Positions 54,283 to 62,787 of a DNA stretch of 64,000 bases are shown one piece after another (the stretch's first letter is position 1; every line of letters starts with the position of its first letter). A program made the translations under genes and the position numbers. The stretch is from sequence record OZ196593.1. One strand, 5' to 3'. The notes under the pieces are model-generated. The model did not search any database. It was not told the DNA's origin and saw only the letters and a program-made list of their open reading frames with translations.

Positions 54283-54711
54283 ATGACATCTACATCAATT
54301 ATGCGCGGCGCTAACACAGTTGTACGTGAGCTACAAATCTTCTCTGGTGACACATCAACTGTTGTAATTGGTGCACCTGCAAGTGGCAAGAATGCAATGC
54401 TGCTTGGTATGTTAGCTCAACGCGGTGCTGAGAACTGCACGTTTATCTGCACAGAAATGTATGCACGTAAAGCAATCAATATGCTACCACCAAAAGGTTT
54501 AGCTGTTCAATCAAATGCATCATTTGAGTCAATTGTCGGTGCTGTGTCGCGTGCGACTGCAAGCGAACGCGAGTTCATTGTCATTGAACATCTACCATCC
54601 AACCCACTGTTCGACGCTGTTGACGTACTAGAGTCAATCGTTCGAGCACACGATAAAAAACTAATCATCGGCATGCAAGCAGCACGCGATGGTATCACGC
54701 GAGATCTATAA
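54283..54711 (+). CDS. Degenerate P-loop (RecA/DnaB-like) protein
   Basis: GAPASGKNA Walker A-like, FIVIEHL Walker B-like; start ATG 54283. Confidence 0.5.
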   Translation: MTSTSIMRGANTVVRELQIFSGDTSTVVIGAPASGKNAMLLGMLAQRGAENCTFICTEMYARKAINMLPPKGLAVQSNASFESIVGAVSRATASEREFIVIEHLPSNPLFDAVDVLESIVRAHDKKLIIGMQAARDGITRDL

Positions 54712-54712
54712 C

Positions 54713-55744
54713 ATGAATCAAGAACAAGTATTGTTTAAGAGTCTGTTCGGCTCTAAACTATATGGTACAGACACACCAGAGTCAGACACTGACTACAAAG
54801 AAGTCTACATGCCATCCGTAAGACGATTGCTTCGCGGGTTGGCTATCAAAAACAGTGCAGAATCAACGGGCGACGACTTCAGCACGAATGGCGCTGACGA
54901 TGAAGACTACGAACGCATCCCTGTTCAAGTGTTCACTCGCGACTATCTAGCAGGTCAATCGTATGCATATGAGCTTGCTCACTACGCATTGCACGATGGC
55001 GTTGAAGTTGACCCAGCATTCCGTAAGCTATGTGCTGAACTTGTTGTGCGTTACTCTACTAGCAATGTGAAAGCAATGACTGGTTATGCAATGAGTCAAG
55101 CGCAGAAGTATGGCGTGAAAGGTACTCGACTGAACAGCATCATGCTATTTCAGAACGCGTTGCTGTATCATCACACTGACAAGACGATGAAGATCGGTGA
55201 CTGTCTTGAGTTGTGTGAAGAGCTATGGGCACTTGCTGCGAACGACGAGAACATCGGATTTGAGTGGTATCGTGGTCCCACGTCACGCACGCCAGAGCAA
55301 GTGAAAGATCCTGCGTTCACTGTGTTAGGCAAAGTCAACGGTCTTGAAGTTACATTCGAAGAAGCGTTGCTGCGATGTGAGAAGCAAGCAGCCAAGTATG
55401 GTGCACGAGCTTATGCAGCACGAGCAGCGTCTGGCTCTGACTGGAAAGCTATCTCTCATGCTCTACGTGTGATCGACCAAGCTATCGATATCTTGAACGG
55501 TAAGATGCTTGAGTTCCCACGCCCGTTAGCGTCGTTCTATCGCGATGTGAAAGCGGGTAAGTACAAATGGGAGTATGTGTCGAGCGTAATCACAGAACGA
55601 TTAGAGACGCTTGCAGAAGCGCAAGAACGTACTGAATTGCAATCACACTCGCCGCAACTCGTTGAATCGTTCTATGAATGGCACGACGACTGGTTAGATG
55701 AGTTGTACTTTCCGTCAATTGAAAGCTTCAGCGACTTAGTATAA
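54713..55744 (+). CDS. Pol-beta-superfamily nucleotidyltransferase (RlaP/nrdC.11-like)
   Basis: FGSKLYGTDTPESDTDYKEV, DWKAISHALR. Confidence 0.85.
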   Translation: MNQEQVLFKSLFGSKLYGTDTPESDTDYKEVYMPSVRRLLRGLAIKNSAESTGDDFSTNGADDEDYERIPVQVFTRDYLAGQSYAYELAHYALHDGVEVDPAFRKLCAELVVRYSTSNVKAMTGYAMSQAQKYGVKGTRLNSIMLFQNALLYHHTDKTMKIGDCLELCEELWALAANDENIGFEWYRGPTSRTPEQVKDPAFTVLGKVNGLEVTFEEALLRCEKQAAKYGARAYAARAASGSDWKAISHALRVIDQAIDILNGKMLEFPRPLASFYRDVKAGKYKWEYVSSVITERLETLAEAQERTELQSHSPQLVESFYEWHDDWLDELYFPSIESFSDLV

Positions 55745-55747
55745 ATA
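55740..55747 (+). promoter_or_regulatory. Late promoter TATAAATA
   Basis: Perfect consensus 28 nt before ATG 55776. Confidence 0.9.
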
Positions 55748-55775
55748 CAGTTAAACGAACAATGGAGTTTAACAC

Positions 55776-56030
55776 ATGACAAAAGGTTTCAATGAATTTC
55801 ACGCGAAAGGTGAAGTTAAGATTCAAGAGACTACACAAGAGTTCCACGAACGTGTAGTCAAGCACCGTAAAGTAGATGATGCACGCTACCCTGACCTATC
55901 TAAATCTGGTCTTGAGGGTCCGTACACAGACTTGAATGGTAAGGTATACTACTACGATTCTCGTGAGGGTATGCACTACGATCCAGATACTGATCTCTAC
56001 ATTACAGCAAAAGACTTACGTTTACCGTAA
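55776..56030 (+). CDS. Small late protein with capsid-targeting-like N-terminus
   Basis: MTKGFNEF...KIQE|T; GLEGPY...YYYDSREG.HYDPDTD aromatic repeat. Confidence 0.7.
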   Translation: MTKGFNEFHAKGEVKIQETTQEFHERVVKHRKVDDARYPDLSKSGLEGPYTDLNGKVYYYDSREGMHYDPDTDLYITAKDLRLP

Positions 56031-56036
56031 TCAAAT

Positions 56037-56057
56037 AGCGCCTACGGGCGCTTTTTT
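56037..56057 (+). terminator. Intrinsic terminator
   Basis: AGCGCC-TACG-GGCGCT-TTTTT. Confidence 0.9.
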
Positions 56058-56071
56058 ATGGGAGAAAGGAA

Positions 56072-56443
56072 ATGTTCAACCCACGCGTGCTCGTGACAGG
56101 CGGGCGAAAGTATTCTAATCGAAAACTTGTTTATGCTGCACTCGACAAGCTGTATAATACTGATTACATTGGACGCATGACACTCATCGAGGGTGGTGCA
56201 TTAGGTGCTGATAGACTTGCGCAAGATTGGGCTAATCAAGCGCACATCGATGTTGATCTCATGACGTGTGAAGCTGATTGGGATACACATGGGCTATCGG
56301 CTGGAATGCGTCGCAATACAGATATGGCAAAATTGAAACCTGACTTGTGTCTCGCGTTCTTGGGCGGACGTGGCACGCAGAATATGGTTGATATTTGTCG
56401 TGAGCGGCACATCAAAGTGCATATTATAGGCTGGAAATACTAA
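56072..56443 (+). CDS. SLOG-family (YspA/DUF2493-like) protein
   Basis: VLVTGGR, IEGGALGAD, AGMRRNTDM, GTQNMV. Confidence 0.85.
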   Translation: MFNPRVLVTGGRKYSNRKLVYAALDKLYNTDYIGRMTLIEGGALGADRLAQDWANQAHIDVDLMTCEADWDTHGLSAGMRRNTDMAKLKPDLCLAFLGGRGTQNMVDICRERHIKVHIIGWKY

Positions 56444-56456
56444 TGAGGAACACATA

Positions 56457-57722
56457 ATGGGCTTGACATCATGCCAACAAGGTGCACATGACAGATTTTT
56501 AGATGGTGAGGGTCACCTTACTATCTCAGGTCCCGCGGGCAGTGGTAAGACATTCTTAATGAAGAGTATTCTTGCATCGCTGAACGCAAAAGGCAAGAAC
56601 GTTGCAATGGTGGCACCGACTCACCAAGCGAAGAACGTTCTGCATAAGATGACTGGTGAAGACGTTAGCACGATTCACAGTCTATTGAAGATTCACCCAG
56701 ACACATACGAAGACCAGAAGCACTTCAAGCAAGCAGGTGAAGTTGAAGGTCTCGACGAAATCGATGTGCTTGTAGTTGAAGAAGCGAGTATGATCGACGA
56801 TGATCTATACGACATCATGGGCAAGACAATGCCGCGCAAGTGTCGTATCTTAGGCGTTGGTGATAAGTTTCAGCTTCAACCAGTGAAGCATGATCCGGGA
56901 GTTATCTCACCGATGTTCACGCGCTTCGAAACATACGAAATGCATGAAGTTGTACGTCAAGCGAAAGACAATCCACTGATTCAAGTAGCAACTGAAGTGC
57001 GAAATGGTCAATGGCTGCGTTCAAACTGGTCAAAAGAGCTTAAACAAGGTGTGCTTCGCGTGCCAAACGTGAATAAGATGCTTGATACTTACTTGAGTAA
57101 GGTCGAAACTGCTGAAGATTTGCTCGACTATCGCATTCTCTCGTACACTAATGACTGCGTTGATACATTCAATGGCATCATTCGCGAACACGTGTACAAC
57201 ACGTCTGAGCCATTCATTCCCGGTGAGTATCTGGTAACACAGATGCCTGTCATGCATTCGAATGGTAAGTATCCCGTTTGTGTGATCGATAACGGTGAGG
57301 TCGTTAAGATCTTAGACGTTAGACAGATCACAATCGATGGTCAGCTACCCAAAGTAGAGAACGAATCGTTCGACGTTGCGTGCTTGACTGTTGAGAAAGA
57401 CGACGGCAATGTGTATGAGTTCAATGTCTTGTGGGATGACCTACAGAAAGAACGCTTTCAACGTTACTTGATGGTCGCGGCTGGTCAGTACAAATCGATT
57501 CGTGGTAACACTAAACGATACTGGCGTGCGTTCTGGGGCTTAAAAGAGCAGATGATTGAAACTAAGTCTCTTGGTGCATCAACTGTGCATAAGTCACAAG
57601 GCACAACTGTGAAAGGCGTGTGTATCTACACGCAAGACATGGGCTACGCTGAACCAGAAATCGTACAGCAACTTGCATATGTTGCACTGACTCGACCAAC
57701 AAACTGGGCATTGTACAATTAA
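56457..57722 (+). CDS. dda: Dda-like SF1 DNA helicase
   Basis: GPAGSGKT, APTHQA, STIHSLL, VEEASM, GDKFQLQPV, TVHKSQG. Confidence 0.95.
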   Translation: MGLTSCQQGAHDRFLDGEGHLTISGPAGSGKTFLMKSILASLNAKGKNVAMVAPTHQAKNVLHKMTGEDVSTIHSLLKIHPDTYEDQKHFKQAGEVEGLDEIDVLVVEEASMIDDDLYDIMGKTMPRKCRILGVGDKFQLQPVKHDPGVISPMFTRFETYEMHEVVRQAKDNPLIQVATEVRNGQWLRSNWSKELKQGVLRVPNVNKMLDTYLSKVETAEDLLDYRILSYTNDCVDTFNGIIREHVYNTSEPFIPGEYLVTQMPVMHSNGKYPVCVIDNGEVVKILDVRQITIDGQLPKVENESFDVACLTVEKDDGNVYEFNVLWDDLQKERFQRYLMVAAGQYKSIRGNTKRYWRAFWGLKEQMIETKSLGASTVHKSQGTTVKGVCIYTQDMGYAEPEIVQQLAYVALTRPTNWALYN

Positions 57723-57735
57723 TTCAAGAAAGTTC

Positions 57736-57777
57736 TTGACGTGGCGTTGAGATAAGCGTAATATCTATCTCAACGCC
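57736..57777 (+). promoter_or_regulatory. Early promoter overlapped by a perfect 12-bp inverted repeat
   Basis: TTGACG-17-TAATAT; GGCGTTGAGATA (57743-54) / TATCTCAACGCC (57766-77). Confidence 0.75.
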
Positions 57778-57802
57778 TAACAACACAACAAGAGAACAGA
57801 TT

Positions 57803-58114
57803 ATGAAATTCAAAATGCCAAACTGGTTAGATAACATCGTCATCTTAGCTCAAGAAGCAAAAGATCATCCGAAGATCGCTATCACTGCTCTAGTAGCTGC
57901 AATCGCTCTCGGTTATGCTACTTACACACGTGCTCCTGCTATTGCATCGTGTACGTGGAAAGCAACTGTCAGTCAATCAGTCGATTGGGACTTGTGGCGT
58001 CATAACATGTGGACGAACGAGTGTCAATACTACAATGGTAAGCGTTGGATTGCTCTAGACAAAGTAATGGACGTTGGTGCAGGTGGTGATGAGCTAGAGG
58101 AGCTGAGTCAATGA
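57803..58114 (+). CDS. Membrane-anchored hypothetical protein
   Basis: TM segment IAITALVAAIALGY. Confidence 0.75.
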   Translation: MKFKMPNWLDNIVILAQEAKDHPKIAITALVAAIALGYATYTRAPAIASCTWKATVSQSVDWDLWRHNMWTNECQYYNGKRWIALDKVMDVGAGGDELEELSQ

Positions 58115-58563
58115 GCAACTTAGTTCAACTCACTGAATCATATTCAATCGAAGAGATTGAAGGGCTATTGCGCGAACGTAAACGTATGTCTACGTTCGAC
58201 ACTAACACGCTTGAAGCGTTCCCTGATAAAGCAGCACGAGTGATTAAACGCGCTCATCAATGCGAGACAGGCAACACTGTTCCGTATCTCGAAGAGTTCT
58301 ATTGTGACATCATGCGTTCAGCATATGGTCAAGACTACTTCGACAAGCTTGAAGCACTGCATGGTGCAGCATATCACTGTGGTCAACTGTCTAAGCAGAC
58401 GTTGAAGCTTGTATCTGACTCTGACGTTGATGACATCACCGCTGAAGCTGAAGCATGGCTCAAGACACACTCAGGTGGCATGTTCAGCTCAACCAAGTCA
58501 GTTGCACGCAGTGCATACAAAGAAGCACTTGCAAACAAACGCGGACTCACGTTCTTTATGTGA
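58111..58563 (+). CDS. Hypothetical protein
   Basis: ATGA-coupled ORF. Confidence 0.75.
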   Translation: MSNLVQLTESYSIEEIEGLLRERKRMSTFDTNTLEAFPDKAARVIKRAHQCETGNTVPYLEEFYCDIMRSAYGQDYFDKLEALHGAAYHCGQLSKQTLKLVSDSDVDDITAEAEAWLKTHSGGMFSSTKSVARSAYKEALANKRGLTFFM

Positions 58564-58653
58564 GAATCGCAACAAAAATAGCACATTTTTGTGCTTTTTG
58601 TAACAAATACACGCTATTCTGTATAATCATTAAACAAATAAGAGTAAATAATT

Positions 58654-59412
58654 ATGAGTATTGCAACAACTTCAGGACATCGCTTCGGTATGCTAGTTAA
58701 GTCAATCACGCAAGGTCTTGAAGGCACGGTGATTGGTATCACTCAATGTATCGCGGGCTGTGAGCTGCTAGAAGTTAACGTGCGTGATAAGAAAGGCGTA
58801 AGTCGCAATCATGTATTCAGTTCTAAGCTCGTTGAGATCATTAACAGCGACAAAGTATCTGAGTACGAAGCTATCTTCGCCAAGACTAATCACGACATGC
58901 CGATTCGCTTAGGCGATGAAGTGCGTGACACTGTATCAGATGAGCAAGGCATTGTTACTGAAATTCAGTACCAAGTGAACACTGATCCAAACGTGCTAAT
59001 GATCAAGAAGTGGAGCGAACACGAGACGAATCTTTATGCGTCTGCTCGTGTAGTGAGCTGTCACCCAACTGGTAAGTCTATTCATGACCAGATCATCAAC
59101 AATCGCAACAAGCGTGAGCGTGATGAGCTGAAAGTGGAGCTTATGCAGAAAGCTGAGTGTCTAGCTACTGGTGCTACTGGTCTAGTGACTGCGATATTCA
59201 ATCAGGCTAACGGAACAATCAGCGTTGGTATTCAGCCAGTGAGCCAAGAAGGCAAACTGCTTGATACGCATTACACTGACATTGAATTAGTTCGTGTTGT
59301 CACTGAAGAGCCGAAAGAAACAGCTCCAACGAACGGTACGCACAAGAAGTCAGGTTGTATGCGTTCACATGAGCTATCTTCTTTGAAGAGCAGTGGCATA
59401 CGCACTGCGTAA
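58654..59412 (+). CDS. Protein with three SH3/KOW-like internal repeats
   Basis: G..V....G..G.V... motif three times. Confidence 0.7.
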   Translation: MSIATTSGHRFGMLVKSITQGLEGTVIGITQCIAGCELLEVNVRDKKGVSRNHVFSSKLVEIINSDKVSEYEAIFAKTNHDMPIRLGDEVRDTVSDEQGIVTEIQYQVNTDPNVLMIKKWSEHETNLYASARVVSCHPTGKSIHDQIINNRNKRERDELKVELMQKAECLATGATGLVTAIFNQANGTISVGIQPVSQEGKLLDTHYTDIELVRVVTEEPKETAPTNGTHKKSGCMRSHELSSLKSSGIRTA

Positions 59413-59444
59413 TAACATGTAGTGCGAACCCAAGAGGTAAGCAC

Positions 59445-59900
59445 ATGAAATACATACTACCCATTGTCTTAACGTCGTTTGCGTGCGGTGCGCACGTTCA
59501 CGATGACTGGACAACAATACATCAAGTACACCCTGATACACATGAGATTGTACATCTAGCATCATCGCATAGTAATAATCGTGACGCTATGTTGACAATT
59601 CAGTGTGATAGACGCTTGACGTTGTACGAACTCGGCACTAACTTAAAGGGAGTACGCATCGAGAATGTTGAGTATTCGCTTGACTACGGTGAGTACGTTG
59701 ATGTAAAATCATATACTGAAATGCTTGGCTATCGCTCTGTGTTTGTTCATACAATCACTGAACGTTCGTACAGTCAAATCATTGCGCGTGATATACTCAG
59801 TTTCAAAGTGACAAGCGTCGAAGGCGAAACTGAAATATACACGTTTAGTCTCAATGGTGTTGATGAAGCATATCATACGCTAATGGATCTATGTGAGTGA
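59445..59900 (+). CDS. Putative exported protein
   Basis: N-terminal signal peptide MKYILPIVLTSFACGA. Confidence 0.7.
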   Translation: MKYILPIVLTSFACGAHVHDDWTTIHQVHPDTHEIVHLASSHSNNRDAMLTIQCDRRLTLYELGTNLKGVRIENVEYSLDYGEYVDVKSYTEMLGYRSVFVHTITERSYSQIIARDILSFKVTSVEGETEIYTFSLNGVDEAYHTLMDLCE

Positions 59901-60415
59901 AAATCATCTTCTTAGACATCGATGGCGTGTTGAACAACGCGCTTGATGCCGATGAACATAAAGATGTTGAGCTGCGCGGAGAGTATCAGGGATTTTACTC
60001 ACCGCGCTGTGTCTTACTTCTTAATGAAATCGTACAGAAAACTAATGCCAAAATCGTGCTGAGTAGCACGTGGCGTCACGGATTAACAATCGATGACGTA
60101 AATGAGTTATTCACTAACATGAATATTCATGCAGAGTGTGTTGGCATCACTCGTGACTTTAGTGAGCACAAATGGTCGTTTCGTGGTAATGAAATCATCG
60201 ATTACATTCAACGACACAAAGACGATCAATGCAGTAGTGAGTTTGTTTATCGTGATTACGTCATTTTAGACGACGATACCGACATGTTACTGTGGCAAAA
60301 GAACAATTACATCAACTGTGACCCAGAGATTGGACTAACTGATCGAACTGTGTCAAAAGCAATCGCAGTGCTGAACAATTCTATTTGTACAGACACTGGA
60401 CAAGAGTTTGCATAA
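59897..60415 (+). CDS. HAD phosphatase (Swiss-Army-knife RNA-repair type)
   Basis: IFLDIDGVLN, IVLSSTWR, RGNEI, YVILDDD. Confidence 0.85.
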   Translation: MKIIFLDIDGVLNNALDADEHKDVELRGEYQGFYSPRCVLLLNEIVQKTNAKIVLSSTWRHGLTIDDVNELFTNMNIHAECVGITRDFSEHKWSFRGNEIIDYIQRHKDDQCSSEFVYRDYVILDDDTDMLLWQKNNYINCDPEIGLTDRTVSKAIAVLNNSICTDTGQEFA

Positions 60416-60450
60416 CAATTCAACTAACGACAACATATAGGGAGCCTATA

Positions 60451-61479
60451 ATGTCACATGCTATCTACATCGGACGCTTTCGTCCATTCCACAATGGTCA
60501 TCTTGCTTCAATCATCGAAGCTTTCAACGTGCTCAATCTTGACAAAATGACTGTCCTCATCGGCTCGTGTAATCGCCATCGCTCACCAAAGAATCCATTT
60601 GTATTCGAAGAAGTGCGCGAAATGATTCAACGCAGTCTACCAGAAGCTATCGCGAACAAAGTAGTAATCAAATCACTGTACGATCATTCTAACAATGACG
60701 TATGGGCAACTGAAGTGCGCGAGAAAGCACGTGGTGCGACTCACATCGTCGGCTTCGACAAAGACGCATCAAGCTTCTACTTGAAGATGTTCCCTGAGCT
60801 TAAATCGTTTGAGCCAACACCAACGCAAATCGGTGATGGTGTTCTAAGCGCATCATTCATTCGTGACTTATACTTCAGAGAAGTTCTGTTGCATAAAGCA
60901 AGAGCTACTACTATCTTACCAACTGGTACTATCGAAGTGCTCGACGAATGGACACTGACTGAAGCGTTCGCTGACATTCAAGCTGAGTACAACAAAGCCA
61001 ACGAAGAAATCTTGAAGTTCGCTGACTACCCGTACAAAGATCACTTGAACATCGCGTGTGCTGATAACGTTGTGACGTGTGCAGGTCATGTGTTGCTTGG
61101 CGTTCGTAAGAACAACCCAGGTAAGGGCTGTCTTGCTATCCCGGGCGGTCATAAGTCTGAACACGAAACATTCTTCGATGCTGCACTGCGTGAACTCGAT
61201 GAAGAAACAAACATCAAAGTACCTGAAAAGGTTCTGCGTGGCTCTCTCAAAGCTGAGAAGATGTTTGATGACCCAACACGCTCTTACCCTCACACTCGTA
61301 TCACAATGGCATATCATATCGATATCGAAACTGATGCGAATGGTAAGTTCCCACGCATCAAAGCAGGCGACGATCTAGAGTCTGTGCATTGGGTACCACT
61401 GAGCGAAGTGCGTGAGCTACAACACAAAATGTATGATGATCACTACCAAATCATTCAACATTTCACTGGCATTTACTAA
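60451..61479 (+). CDS. natV: NMN adenylyltransferase-Nudix fusion (NadM-Nudix/NatV)
   Basis: IGRFRPFHNGH, KNPF, SASFIR; Nudix PGG....E...DAALRELDEET. Confidence 0.93.
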   Translation: MSHAIYIGRFRPFHNGHLASIIEAFNVLNLDKMTVLIGSCNRHRSPKNPFVFEEVREMIQRSLPEAIANKVVIKSLYDHSNNDVWATEVREKARGATHIVGFDKDASSFYLKMFPELKSFEPTPTQIGDGVLSASFIRDLYFREVLLHKARATTILPTGTIEVLDEWTLTEAFADIQAEYNKANEEILKFADYPYKDHLNIACADNVVTCAGHVLLGVRKNNPGKGCLAIPGGHKSEHETFFDAALRELDEETNIKVPEKVLRGSLKAEKMFDDPTRSYPHTRITMAYHIDIETDANGKFPRIKAGDDLESVHWVPLSEVRELQHKMYDDHYQIIQHFTGIY

Positions 61480-61488
61480 AAATGCAAT

Positions 61489-61524
61489 AAAAGGGTTGCT
61501 TCGGCAATCCTTTTGTGTTTTAAT
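61489..61524 (+). promoter_or_regulatory. Terminator/early-promoter hybrid, copy 5
   Basis: AAAAGGGTTGC-TTCG-GCAATCCTTTT; TTGCTT-17-TTTAAT. Confidence 0.8.
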
Positions 61525-61550
61525 GAGTCATCAAACAAACGGAGCACATC

Positions 61551-61901
61551 ATGAACAATCACGCTTATCGCATCAACACTGAAATCCCTATGCTTGCTAT
61601 CGAAAAAGGCGATGTCTTTGTGCAATCACCTTTCAATGGCAATCGCTATCAGTTAGTGCGTCAACCAAATCGTCCAACAACTGATATCAGTCTCATTCAA
61701 CAATTCAGTCACTTGTATGATGAAATCTATGTGCCAGACACTGATATCCCTGAAGTGATTGCTAATTGGAAAGAACACGCTCAAGCTGAACACGATGTTA
61801 ATTTGAAGCTCGTCGATAAACTGTATGAGCAAATCGATTTCATTCAATCGCAAATCACAGTAGCTCAAGATAAAGCACACAAAATGGCAGATTACCTATG
61901 A
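61551..61901 (+). CDS. Hypothetical early protein
   Basis: GGAG SD, 116 aa. Confidence 0.75.
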   Translation: MNNHAYRINTEIPMLAIEKGDVFVQSPFNGNRYQLVRQPNRPTTDISLIQQFSHLYDEIYVPDTDIPEVIANWKEHAQAEHDVNLKLVDKLYEQIDFIQSQITVAQDKAHKMADYL

Positions 61902-62167
61902 ACATAAAACTACTCATTCGAAACGAAATCAAGAACAGCACGCAGAACTATGCGACTGTGTACGACATCATGGACGCTGTTCTAACTAAGTTCCCGCAAG
62001 CAGCTATCAACGATAGAGGTAAGTCGCTTGCTAATAGCACTGTGCGTCGCGAGATCAGTCGATTGCTCGATGAATCATGCAACTGGGAACGCTGTGGCGT
62101 TACTAAAACTGGTCGCAAACTCTATGAGCGAATCAAATCAACTGACCTAAGCGAGTTCACACAATGA
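61898..62167 (+). CDS. Hypothetical protein (winged-helix-like)
   Basis: ATGA-coupled; helical then TGRKLY. Confidence 0.65.
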   Translation: MNIKLLIRNEIKNSTQNYATVYDIMDAVLTKFPQAAINDRGKSLANSTVRREISRLLDESCNWERCGVTKTGRKLYERIKSTDLSEFTQ

Positions 62168-62787
62168 ATCCATACGATTTAGTACGCAAAATGCAAAAAG
62201 TTGTCAACTCATGCACAACTGTTGAACAACTGCGCAATGCTCGTAAGTATCTGCTGCGTTGCTATGACTATGCTAACACGCTCGATGACTCTGGCGCGTT
62301 CTTGACTGTGACTCTTGGTGCTGAAGAAATGGATGGCATCATTACTCAACGTCTGTGTGAACTGAGCGACACGCGTGGCATGTTAGCTGTTGATACTGGC
62401 ATAATCAAACTCGGTCTTGATATTCATGGCGTGATCGATAAAGCACCTGAGCTGTTCACGCTTATCAGCAAACTACCAGTCGAAGTGCATATCATCACTG
62501 GCATTAAAGAAGAGCTTGACGACCAAGTACCTGATGAGCTAGAATACGACAAGTGGTTCAGTATTCATCAACACTTAGAAGACAAAGGCGTTGTATTCTC
62601 ATACGACGAGAAAGGCAGACCGTGGTGCAATCCCAAACTATGGGACGATGCTAAAGCAGAATACTGCAAAGAGCATAACATCACAATGCTTATCGATGAC
62701 TCACCGAACTACGTTGACTCATTCGCTGCTCTTGATACTCTGTATCTTCAGCTTACCAATACTAAACGTGAAGATTGGAGAAAGTAA
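62164..62787 (+). CDS. HAD-like nucleotidase domain protein
   Basis: LGLDIHGVID, IITG, LIDDSP. Confidence 0.7.
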   Translation: MNPYDLVRKMQKVVNSCTTVEQLRNARKYLLRCYDYANTLDDSGAFLTVTLGAEEMDGIITQRLCELSDTRGMLAVDTGIIKLGLDIHGVIDKAPELFTLISKLPVEVHIITGIKEELDDQVPDELEYDKWFSIHQHLEDKGVVFSYDEKGRPWCNPKLWDDAKAEYCKEHNITMLIDDSPNYVDSFAALDTLYLQLTNTKREDWRK

